From NCBI GenBank assembly GCA_008297795.1, contig VBQP01000012.1, positions 1 through 31,369 of the forward strand: a stretch of DNA of 31,369 nucleotides, given 5' to 3'. The notes below the pieces were generated by a model, which saw only the letters and a program-made list of their open reading frames with translations, made no database searches and was not told the DNA's origin. The first letter of the stretch is position 1. Every line of letters starts with the position of its first letter. The translations under genes were made by a program, and so were the position numbers. Below, piece after piece: positions 17,776 to 25,649 of this stretch. Origin of the DNA: Thermoplasmata archaeon. GTDB taxonomy: Archaea > Thermoplasmatota > E2 > UBA202 > DSCA01.

Positions 17776-18443
17776 CTCTGAAAGTTGAATTGCTGGCGTA
17801 CACCCCTGAGGGGGAGATTTTATCTGCCATGGCGGCAAAACTCACACATTCTAAAAGCAGCATTGGCGAATTGAGAAACAGTGACAAGGAGGAACTGAAG
17901 AACATTCTCAGATACGTCGTAAAGGCAGGTCATGAGAGCGTTATAGAGCATGCCTATTTCACATTTGGAATTTCTGGTGTTTCCCGCGCTCTCACCCATC
18001 AACTTGTGCGCCACCGTATTGCCTCTTACTCACAGCAGTCGCAGCGGTATGTCGAGAGCGAGATGGAATATGTCATTCCTCCGTCGATTAAAGAGGCAGG
18101 AGTTGAGGAGGAATACAAAAAAATGATGGAGAGTGCATGGGACGCTTATAACAAACTCAAGGAGAAGGTGCCTGTTGAAGATGCCCGCTACGTTCTCCCA
18201 AATGCCGCATGCACACAGATAATGGTTTCCATGAATGCCCGCTCTCTGCTGAATTTTTTTGAATTGAGATGCTGCCTCCATGCCCAGTGGGAAATCCGCC
18301 ATCTCGCATGGAAGATGCTCGGGCTTGTGAAAAAAGTTGCACCTGTAATATTCGAGAACGCAGGACCACCGTGCAGGACAAAAAATATCTGTCCCATGAA
18401 CAAGAAAGACTGCAAGTGGTACCCTGACAGTCATTCACTTTGA
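17772..18443 (+). CDS. thyX: FAD-dependent thymidylate synthase
   Basis: GHESVIEH, SRALTHQLVRHRIASYSQQSQRY (RHR-x7-S motif), EDARYVLP, AQWEIR; GTGA overlap with the upstream stop. Confidence 0.96.
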   Translation: MTLKVELLAYTPEGEILSAMAAKLTHSKSSIGELRNSDKEELKNILRYVVKAGHESVIEHAYFTFGISGVSRALTHQLVRHRIASYSQQSQRYVESEMEYVIPPSIKEAGVEEEYKKMMESAWDAYNKLKEKVPVEDARYVLPNAACTQIMVSMNARSLLNFFELRCCLHAQWEIRHLAWKMLGLVKKVAPVIFENAGPPCRTKNICPMNKKDCKWYPDSHSL

Positions 18444-20144
18444 GTAAGGCTGAGAAAGCGGATGAAAATCAAAATTTACCCACGGAAACGGGAATCTCCA
18501 GCCCCAGATGGGTTTGGGAAGCAGGTGGGGACTGCCCCAGTAGTTGCCATTCCAGTCGTTCAAAGAAGGTTTTAGATTTCCCGGATAAATAAAGGTTGCA
18601 TCCCTGCTGTTATCCACGAAGTTATTTTTTGTTATGGTGTTGCCGAAGGAGCCCACCCGAATGCCGATTGAGTTGTATAAAAAATCATTTTTTTGCACAG
18701 TCGTTTCATCACTTGAGGATGAAATGTCGATTCCATACTCATTGCGAGAAATAGAATTTCTTTCAATATTATTTTTCAGGCAGTTATAAGACAGGGATAT
18801 TCCTCTATCGTTGTTTTCTATTGAGTTGTTTAATATTTTATTTCCGGAACTCTCCTGCCAGATGGTTATACCCTCAGCATTATACATTATGATATTTTCC
18901 GTTATCATATTGTCATAACTTCCGTAATCAAGATGAATCCCGTGCCAGTTATCTGCTATTGTATTGCCTGAAATGGTGTTATTATCAGACCATGTAGTTA
19001 TTCCTCTGCTGTTGTTTTTGATCAGGTTAGCATTGATTTTATTTTTGCCGCTGAAAGGGGCGATATCCACCCCGGCATATCCACATGAGGATATATCATT
19101 TCCCCTGATATCGTTAAAAGTTGATTTAAAGAGGTTTATCCCAATCCAGTTATCTGATATTTTGCTCGAATATATTTTACATCTCTGGCTATTGAATAAA
19201 AATATCCCTACTGTTGTATTTGATATCTCCTGATTTTTTATGGTGATATTGGAACAGTTAACAAGAATTATCTGCCCCGCATCTTTTTCCAATTCTATAT
19301 CTGAAGCATTTTCAATATATGCAAGAGGTTTACCGTTTACTGTATTATTCCTTACCCTGTTTGAATGGTATTCGTAGAAATATTCAAGACCTGAACCGTA
19401 AAACGAGTTGTTTTCCACCACATTTCTATTTCCAGAGAGAGACATGCCGTTATGTGTCTCCGATATTATTGTATTGTCTGAAAAATAATTCCCTGTCCCG
19501 CCCAAAAAAACACCTGATGAAAATTCTATTTCGTCTATTGTGTTGTTTATTATTAAGTTCCAGTTCGAATTCGATATCCATATGCCAACCCCGTATTTTG
19601 ATGTTATATTGTTTCCTCCCAAAATATTTTGGGAGCCATTTCCCATGAATATCCCTGTCCTGCAATCGAAAATTTTGTTATTCTCTACCACACTCCCTGT
19701 AGCCCTGATATTTATTCCATCCCCTGAGTTATAAATTATGTTATTTTTTATATCTGATTCATACATGCAGTAAATACCTGCATCGCTTTCATTCCTTCCG
19801 CTATTTGTTACCGTAAAATTGCTGATAGACGAGGGCGCTTTTATGGTTATGACACTTCCTTCCCCGCCGCCGTCTATTATTGTACTTTCGGCATTTTCCC
19901 CGACCAACGAAATTTGCTTTGTTATTACAATATGCTCGTGGTATGGGGCAGAATCATCATAAACATATATGGTAAAGCCGTCGCTTGCATTATCTATTGC
20001 AGATTGGATGGTGGTGTAATTCCCTGCGCCTGAGCCACCAACATGCAACACTTTCCCCAAACCAATGCTTTCGGGACTGCCTCTCACCATTAAAGATGCC
20101 AGGAGAATAAAAATTACAGTTATTGTCTTCAAATAATTCATCAT
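18435..20144 (-). CDS. Secreted right-handed parallel beta-helix (PbH1/NosD-like) surface protein
   Basis: Signal peptide; HVGGSGAGNYTTIQSAIDNA..GxTIYV; many N-x-I-x-xN / GI-x-L repeats; C-terminal WNGNYW...PWVNFDFHP. Confidence 0.88.
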   Translation of the reverse strand: MMNYLKTITVIFILLASLMVRGSPESIGLGKVLHVGGSGAGNYTTIQSAIDNASDGFTIYVYDDSAPYHEHIVITKQISLVGENAESTIIDGGGEGSVITIKAPSSISNFTVTNSGRNESDAGIYCMYESDIKNNIIYNSGDGINIRATGSVVENNKIFDCRTGIFMGNGSQNILGGNNITSKYGVGIWISNSNWNLIINNTIDEIEFSSGVFLGGTGNYFSDNTIISETHNGMSLSGNRNVVENNSFYGSGLEYFYEYHSNRVRNNTVNGKPLAYIENASDIELEKDAGQIILVNCSNITIKNQEISNTTVGIFLFNSQRCKIYSSKISDNWIGINLFKSTFNDIRGNDISSCGYAGVDIAPFSGKNKINANLIKNNSRGITTWSDNNTISGNTIADNWHGIHLDYGSYDNMITENIIMYNAEGITIWQESSGNKILNNSIENNDRGISLSYNCLKNNIERNSISRNEYGIDISSSSDETTVQKNDFLYNSIGIRVGSFGNTITKNNFVDNSRDATFIYPGNLKPSLNDWNGNYWGSPHLLPKPIWGWRFPFPWVNFDFHPLSQPYSK

Positions 20145-20209
20145 GCCTAATCCTGAGCAGACATATAATTTTTCTTACGCTATGAAAAGCATTTATATTA
20201 CTCTTATAT

Positions 20210-21196
20210 TTGTCAGAGAAGATGCTGATTCCAAAACGCCGCCGTTTAATAAAGGCAGAGGCAGAGACAAACCCCAATTACGGGAAACCGCCAAAAAGAA
20301 GAAGTGTTGAGGAGAGCATAGAAAACGGAGTGGTGATAGTTGACAAACCTGCAGGTCCCACATCCCATCAGGTGAGCGCTTGGGTAAGGGACATTTTCGG
20401 TGTGGAGAAGGCGGGGCATGGCGGCACGCTTGACCCCAATGTGACGGGCGTTTTGCCAGTTGCACTATCAAATGCAACAAAGGCAATTGGCTTACTTCAT
20501 TCTGCAGGGAAAGAATATGTGGCGGTTATGCGCCTTCATGGCGATGCAGGAGAGGAGGAAATAAGGAAAGCGTGCAATCGCTTTATTGGAAAAATACGCC
20601 AGACGCCACCCAGAGAAGCGGCCGTGAAAAGAGTTGAGAGAGAGCGTGAAATTTATTATCTTGATATAATTGAAATAAAGGGGAGAGATGTGCTTTTCAA
20701 GGTTGGATGCGAGGGTGGGACATATATAAGGGTGCTTTGCGAGGATATTGGGAAGGTGTTGGGGTGCGGTGCCCACATGCACGAGTTGAGAAGGACGAGA
20801 AGCGGCATTTTTGAAGAAGAAGATGTCCATACGTTGCATGACATTCTCGATGCGTATATATTCTGGAAAGAGGACGGTGACGAGGAAATAAAAAACATTA
20901 TAAGGCCCATGGAAGATTTACTTTCCCATCTGCCCACTGTGGTTGTAAGAGATTCGGCTGTTGATGCGATATGCCACGGTGCATCACTTGCCCTGCCTGG
21001 CATTCTGCAGGTTGATACGGGCATAGAGAATGGCACAGTTGTTGCAGTCAAAACATTGAAGGGAGAAGGCGTTGCGATAGGCACTTCTCTCATGTCAACA
21101 AGGGAAATGATGGAAAGGGATGCAGGCATTGCAGTTAACACGACAAGAGTACTGATGAGAAAGGGAACATATCCGCCAATGTGGAAGAAAAAATAA
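20210..21196 (+). CDS. cbf5: H/ACA RNA-guided pseudouridine synthase Cbf5 (TruB family, PUA domain)
   Basis: DKPAGPTSHQV, GHGGTLDPNVTGVLP (catalytic Asp), GTYIRVLCED, ELRRTRSG, PUA domain, C-terminal YPPMW. Start may instead be ATG 20222. Confidence 0.96.
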   Translation: MSEKMLIPKRRRLIKAEAETNPNYGKPPKRRSVEESIENGVVIVDKPAGPTSHQVSAWVRDIFGVEKAGHGGTLDPNVTGVLPVALSNATKAIGLLHSAGKEYVAVMRLHGDAGEEEIRKACNRFIGKIRQTPPREAAVKRVEREREIYYLDIIEIKGRDVLFKVGCEGGTYIRVLCEDIGKVLGCGAHMHELRRTRSGIFEEEDVHTLHDILDAYIFWKEDGDEEIKNIIRPMEDLLSHLPTVVVRDSAVDAICHGASLALPGILQVDTGIENGTVVAVKTLKGEGVAIGTSLMSTREMMERDAGIAVNTTRVLMRKGTYPPMWKKK

Positions 21197-21199
21197 AAT

Positions 21200-21284
21200 G
21201 CTGAGGTAGCCCAGCCCGGAACGGCGCAGGCCTGGAGAGCCTGTGGGGCTCTGCCCCTCGAGGGTTCAAATCCCTCCCTCAGCG
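21200..21284 (+). tRNA. tRNA-Ser(GGA)
   Basis: GCTGAGG/CCTCAGC acceptor, G73, anticodon GGA at 21234-21236, long variable arm (GGGGC/GCCCC), T-arm GAGGG-TTCAAAT-CCCTC; begins 3 nt after the cbf5 stop. Confidence 0.95.
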
Positions 21285-21295
21285 TAATTTTTATC

Positions 21296-21751
21296 TCACC
21301 ATATCTCCAAAAGCCTGAGAAGGTCTTTCACTACCTTGGGGCTTACGTCTGAAAAATTGAATTTGGATTTCCCGCCTGACCACTTTATTATTAATTCATG
21401 GGAGTTAATATCCTCATTTGAAGAATCCCTCCTTATTTTTATGGATTTTACCCGATTCCTGTCAATGGAAAAATTGCCATTTGTTTCTGCAATTATATCT
21501 GCAACAGGCATTGAAAAGTATCTTTTATACAGATTTATGCCTGCTGTCATTGTTGCGCCCATGCGTTTGAGGCGCCCTGCTCCCTGCTCTTTCAATTCGT
21601 CTGAAACTCTTTTTGATTCTTCTTTTATCATGCTGCTTGTGAGTTGAGCCACGATAATGCCTTTGTCGGTTGCAACTAAATTGTACATTTTCTGCCCGAA
21701 AACACCACTTTTAACATTAGGGATAACTCCCAGAATCTGTTCTTCATTCAT
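21296..21751 (-). CDS. Hypothetical protein (possible PH-like fold)
   Basis: 151 aa with ATG start and natural-looking composition; beta-rich N- and C-termini (YNLVATDKGIIVA; VKSIKI..ELIIKW). Confidence 0.7.
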   Translation of the reverse strand: MNEEQILGVIPNVKSGVFGQKMYNLVATDKGIIVAQLTSSMIKEESKRVSDELKEQGAGRLKRMGATMTAGINLYKRYFSMPVADIIAETNGNFSIDRNRVKSIKIRRDSSNEDINSHELIIKWSGGKSKFNFSDVSPKVVKDLLRLLEIW

Positions 21752-21893
21752 AGAAATAACCTTAAATGTAACCGATGTGATGTTTTAATATTTGCCATCT
21801 GAAAAATTACCGTGAGATTGCAAAGTGTAGTCAGGTTTTTATTAAAAGAATGGATTGGTGATGGAAGTAAACAATAACTCGACTTCGCAGTTT

Positions 21894-22147
21894 TTATCCC
21901 GTCAATCCAAGCCTTTCTAAATCGTCTTCACTCCATTTTGCTTGTTCTTCTATCATGATTTTCAGTAGTTTCTGAGGAAATGTTTGACTTCCCTTATGAT
22001 ATGAAAGAGTAACTCTTTTCCCATCTGGATGCCTAAAAATTTTATGGCTTCCTGATTGCCTAACTAAAGAAAAAAACCATCTTTTAGTAAAGCCAAAGCA
22101 AATTTTCTTGCCGTTAGACCCCTCAATCTGGAGTAATCTACTGCCAT
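21894..22147 (-). pseudogene. hicA: HicA-family toxin, frameshifted at a T7 run (plus-strand A7 at 22070-22076)
   Basis: Frame 1 from ATG 22147 gives MAVDYSRLRGLTARKFALALLKDGFFL* (TAG 22066-22064); the -1 frame continues SLVRQSGSHKIFRHPDGKRVTLSYH..., with the HicA GSH motif. ATG directly follows the hicB stop. Confidence 0.85.
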
Positions 22148-22402
22148 CTAAACGGTTACAGAAATAAAAGGCTCTGGAGATATCTTTGCTCCTCTCTTTC
22201 TTAGATCTTCTTCGAGTGAGTTTAACTCTCCGCATTCTTCCATATCTTCCAATACAAGTCTGACAACTTCCTCTAAGTTTATTATTGCTTCTTCCCTTGT
22301 ATTTCCCCAAGTATCTCCTCCTCTATCTTTCAGTTCAGGGATGTATGCTGCCCACTTTCCCTCCACTTCTTCAACTGTTGCCTTGAAAGTATATGTCTTC
22401 AT
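22148..22402 (-). CDS. hicB: HicB-family antitoxin (short form, no obvious DNA-binding domain)
   Basis: WAAYIPEL...TWGNTREEAIINLEEVVRLVLE, the partial RNase H fold signature of HicB. Confidence 0.88.
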   Translation of the reverse strand: MKTYTFKATVEEVEGKWAAYIPELKDRGGDTWGNTREEAIINLEEVVRLVLEDMEECGELNSLEEDLRKRGAKISPEPFISVTV

Positions 22403-22478
22403 TATGTTTTTTTATTCATATTCCATATACGTAGCTTTCTGTAAAGGGCATGGCAATGTATTATGAAATTCGCATCAT

Positions 22479-22490
22479 AAAAACAAAAAA
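22479..22490 (-). terminator. Oligo-T terminator after tRNA-Gly
   Basis: Minus-strand TTTTTTGTTTTT immediately after the discriminator base. Confidence 0.55.
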
Positions 22491-22609
22491 TGCGGGCGCC
22501 GGGATTTCCGAGCATGCAGCGAGGAAATATGCCTTGCTCGCAGGGCATGCATTCGAACCCGGGCAGTGAGCTTGGAAGGCTCAAATCCTAACCGCTAGAT
22601 CACGCCCGC
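22491..22609 (-). tRNA. tRNA-Gly(UCC) with a 47-nt intron at 59/60 (22505-22551)
   Basis: Minus strand: GCGGGCG/CGCCCGC + A73; TGAGC-CTTCCAA-GCTCA; CCGGG-TTCGAA|intron|T-CCCGG. Splicing restores TTCGAAT. Confidence 0.92.
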
Positions 22610-22660
22610 ATCAGTAGGCAATATGGAATTTCAATTTAAATAATTTGGTTTTGTCCTGCA

Positions 22661-23482
22661 TCAGAGCATTTTGCTTATTTCCTTGTATCGGTCATAAGAG
22701 AAGACAGGTCCTTCAAGGCATACATATATCTCGCCGCCTGCAATGCAGTGCCCGCATTTTCCCACGCCGCATTTCATTCGTCTTTCTGCAGAAACAGAAA
22801 CCTGAATGTCATTTATTCCCTTTTTCTTCAACTGCTCAACTGTTGGCTCGAACATTGCAGGAGGACCGCATATGACCGCAAATGAATCATCAGGTATTTC
22901 TTCATTCTCGACCAACTGGCTAACAAATCCAACATGTCCGTCCCATCCATCATCTGCCCTATCAACAGTGATTTTAACGTCTGCCATTTCCCTCCATTCT
23001 TCCAATTCGTCTTTGAAAATAATTTCTTCCGGTCTCCTTGCGCCGAAAAAAATGCTTATGTTGCCAAATTTATCTCTTTCGGCAAACACCTCCTTTATCA
23101 GACTTCTCAGAGGAGCAAGCCCTATCCCGCCTGCTATGAAAATCGGGTTGAAACCGTACATCTGCTCTATCGAAAACCCATTTCCGTATGGTCCCCGTAT
23201 CCCCACAATATCGCCTGCTTTCATCCTATGGATTTTTTCTGTCAGCCGTCCCACCCTCTTGATGCAAAGTTCGAAATATTCTTCTGTGGAGGGCGGGGAG
23301 GTGATGGAGATGGGCGCCTCGCCAAACCCGGCAACGCTTATCTCCACAAACTGACCTGGCTTGAATGAAAAATTCTTTTGCCTGCTATCATCAGAAAAAC
23401 GTATCCTGTATAACTTTGTATCATTCGTTAGGGCTTTTATATCCACAAGTTCGGCAGGGGAAGGAAGAAATTCATTATCCAT
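22661..23482 (-). CDS. FAD/NAD(P)-binding 2Fe-2S oxidoreductase (sulfhydrogenase gamma / AsrB / PyrK-like)
   Basis: FKPGQFV, GEAPISITS, IRGPYGNGF, AGGIGLAPLRS, ICGPP, ERRMKCGVGKCGHC..C. Start moved to ATG 23482. Confidence 0.9.
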   Translation of the reverse strand: MDNEFLPSPAELVDIKALTNDTKLYRIRFSDDSRQKNFSFKPGQFVEISVAGFGEAPISITSPPSTEEYFELCIKRVGRLTEKIHRMKAGDIVGIRGPYGNGFSIEQMYGFNPIFIAGGIGLAPLRSLIKEVFAERDKFGNISIFFGARRPEEIIFKDELEEWREMADVKITVDRADDGWDGHVGFVSQLVENEEIPDDSFAVICGPPAMFEPTVEQLKKKGINDIQVSVSAERRMKCGVGKCGHCIAGGEIYVCLEGPVFSYDRYKEISKML

Positions 23483-23520
23483 AACAATCAGGGGTATATG
23501 CAAATTTATTTTATATCTTT

Positions 23521-24357
23521 TTAGATTCCAAACAGGTCTCCGCAAGCCAGCGAAAGCAGCAGCGCAAGGAGGATGGCAGGCGCCATGGGATGCGACCTGA
23601 ATATGTATACATAATCGCAGAACTCTCTCAATTTTTCTATTTCCTCATCTGTAATTCCAAGATGGCTGGGCGCTGCAATTATTTCGTCAAAATCATCATT
23701 CCCCGGAAAAATCTTCAGCAGGAGGGAAGGCTTTTCCGCTATACGGACAACCTCTCCATTCCTTTTTCCTATCCTCTCTGCAAGCATCTCCCCCCGGATT
23801 TTATCAGACACCTTTACCTTCTTTCTGTAGGGCAGGAGGGAGGCGACCGCATCTGCTGAAAACGCAAGGCAAAAAACAGAGATAAGCAGTGAACGGGTGA
23901 GGAGATAAGATACGCATGCAATCCCAACTGGAAGGGATGCAAAAAAGATTTCTTTTCTTTTCTTCTCTTTCGCCGTTTCATACACTCCCGAAATGAAAAA
24001 TTGCATGAAGGTAGATAGAGCAAGCATCAGGAAAAATGTAGGTATGAAAGAATTTCCATCAGGAAACAGCGGAATGAGAGAAACTATGCCCATCAGCAGT
24101 TTTGCATCTCCCCCTCCGAAAAGCCCGCCCCTCCACATGAACCATATTAGCAGGAATGAAATGGCGAGAGGAAAAACAATCAGAATCCATGGAGAGCCGT
24201 AAAAAATTCGAATTGCCGAAATTGCAAGCCCTGCGCCTATCATCGGCATTGTAAGCCAGTTTGGTATCTCCCTTGTTTTTACATCAAAACAGGAGGCTGC
24301 GAATGTACCCGCAACTGCAATGGCATTTGCAATAAAACTCATTTCGCTGTTAAACAT
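23521..24357 (-). CDS. A24-family prepilin peptidase (EppA/PibD-like)
   Basis: ASCFDVKTREIPNW (first Asp), GGLFGGGDAKLL (GxGD), C-terminal PMAPAI, multi-TM with an inserted soluble region. Confidence 0.88.
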   Translation of the reverse strand: MFNSEMSFIANAIAVAGTFAASCFDVKTREIPNWLTMPMIGAGLAISAIRIFYGSPWILIVFPLAISFLLIWFMWRGGLFGGGDAKLLMGIVSLIPLFPDGNSFIPTFFLMLALSTFMQFFISGVYETAKEKKRKEIFFASLPVGIACVSYLLTRSLLISVFCLAFSADAVASLLPYRKKVKVSDKIRGEMLAERIGKRNGEVVRIAEKPSLLLKIFPGNDDFDEIIAAPSHLGITDEEIEKLREFCDYVYIFRSHPMAPAILLALLLSLACGDLFGI

Positions 24358-25604
24358 GCCTCTTCTCCCCCATGCCAGCTCAATCGGGGACGCACCTTTA
24401 TTATACGAACAGATTCAGAGATATCATCAACTATGAGGGCAACTCCCTTCTCACTTCCCACTTTTTTCAGCGCCTCTCCCATCTCTTCTTTCATATATGT
24501 CGGGCGCACCCTGTTAAGGGCATCTATATCCTCCTGCGAAGTGAGACGGTGGCATATTATTATGTCGCTGTGGGACATGACCTCCCCGTCCAGAGCGCCT
24601 GGCCTCTGGGTCGCAAGTATGAGGGACAATCCTGGCTGCCTGCCCTGCCTCATCCATTGATTGATGAGAATATCTTTTGAAATGCTTTTTTCACGGGGCA
24701 AAAATAGCTGCGCCTCGTCTATCGCCATCCAGACAAGTGGGAATTTTTTCTTCTCACCTGCCCTGCCTTTTATGATTTTTTCCTCGTCTTCTTTCCTTTC
24801 AATAACTCTTCTTTCAAAAATCTTTCCTGCCATAATGGAAACGAGAACCTTTTTCAATTCATCGGAAAAAGAACTCATGTCAATTACAGTGATTTCTCCT
24901 GCCCTTACTATGTCTTCTATTGCCATCCCTTCTGTATCAAATAGATTCCAGGATGAAGCCATTCTGAAGAAGTTCTCGCATGCGCCTTTCACATGGTCGC
25001 TTGAGGAACCATCATTTCTTATGCATTCCACCACCTCCTCCAGGGAATAGTTCTTTCCCTCAAGTTCATTTATTGCCCTTGAGATGGCAACCCCAAGTGG
25101 CTCGACCATTTTCACACCAAAAAGATGGCACCACTGGTATGCACTCAATTCAGATGCTTTTATGGCGAATTTACTGGCAGGCAGCCCTATTTTTCTATAT
25201 TTCTCCATGTTTCCGGCAGAGCTGAGCAGGGTGATTTTCATTCGTGATGGAGATAGCCCCCATCTTTCGAGAACGTTTTTCTGCTTACGGTTTTCAAAAA
25301 ATGATGTCCAGTAAATGCCCAGGGTGTCTATGACAACAACTCCTAGATTCTTCTTCACGGGATTATCCATCCTATATAGTTCTTCCATGATAACTCCCAT
25401 TGTGTACGATTTCCCATAGCCTCTTTTTCCACATATCAGAATAACATGCGGCTTTGAGCCATCTATATAAACCTCTGAACCGAGAGAACCGTCAATGGCA
25501 TAATACCTTCCTATGTTCAGAATGCATTCATTGCCTCTCCCGAGCACATGCAGCCTTTCAGATATACTGCTTCTTTTTTCAGCATCTGAAATGCTGAGCG
25601 GCAT
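24339..25604 (-). CDS. HerA/FtsK-superfamily ATPase (DUF87-like)
   Basis: Walker A CGKRGYGKSYT, Walker B WMAIDEAQ, arginine finger RQGRQPG, LATQRP. Start moved to ATG 25604; overlaps the peptidase start. Confidence 0.88.
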   Translation of the reverse strand: MPLSISDAEKRSSISERLHVLGRGNECILNIGRYYAIDGSLGSEVYIDGSKPHVILICGKRGYGKSYTMGVIMEELYRMDNPVKKNLGVVVIDTLGIYWTSFFENRKQKNVLERWGLSPSRMKITLLSSAGNMEKYRKIGLPASKFAIKASELSAYQWCHLFGVKMVEPLGVAISRAINELEGKNYSLEEVVECIRNDGSSSDHVKGACENFFRMASSWNLFDTEGMAIEDIVRAGEITVIDMSSFSDELKKVLVSIMAGKIFERRVIERKEDEEKIIKGRAGEKKKFPLVWMAIDEAQLFLPREKSISKDILINQWMRQGRQPGLSLILATQRPGALDGEVMSHSDIIICHRLTSQEDIDALNRVRPTYMKEEMGEALKKVGSEKGVALIVDDISESVRIIKVRPRLSWHGGEEACLTAK

Positions 25605-25649
25605 CAAAAAGTATATAGGCAAATTATTGATTAAATTTTGGGAAGGGGC
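25605..25649. promoter_or_regulatory. 45-bp bidirectional promoter
   Basis: AAAAAGTATATA (BRE/TATA-like, plus strand) and minus-strand TTTAATCA between the two divergent ATGs; GGAAGGGG before the plus-strand ATG. Confidence 0.55.

Noticed and set aside
21894-22310. 138-aa ORF-track protein
   Set aside because: Its N-terminal part overlaps hicB in another frame; only the C-terminus is real (second half of the frameshifted hicA).
22461-22480. TTATGA-N8-TCATAA inverted repeat upstream of hicB
   Set aside because: Short and AT-rich, and this HicB lacks a DNA-binding domain, so chance cannot be excluded.
21285-22490. Prophage or integrative element
   Set aside because: No integrase, structural genes or duplicated tRNA 3' end found; kept only as a possible remnant.
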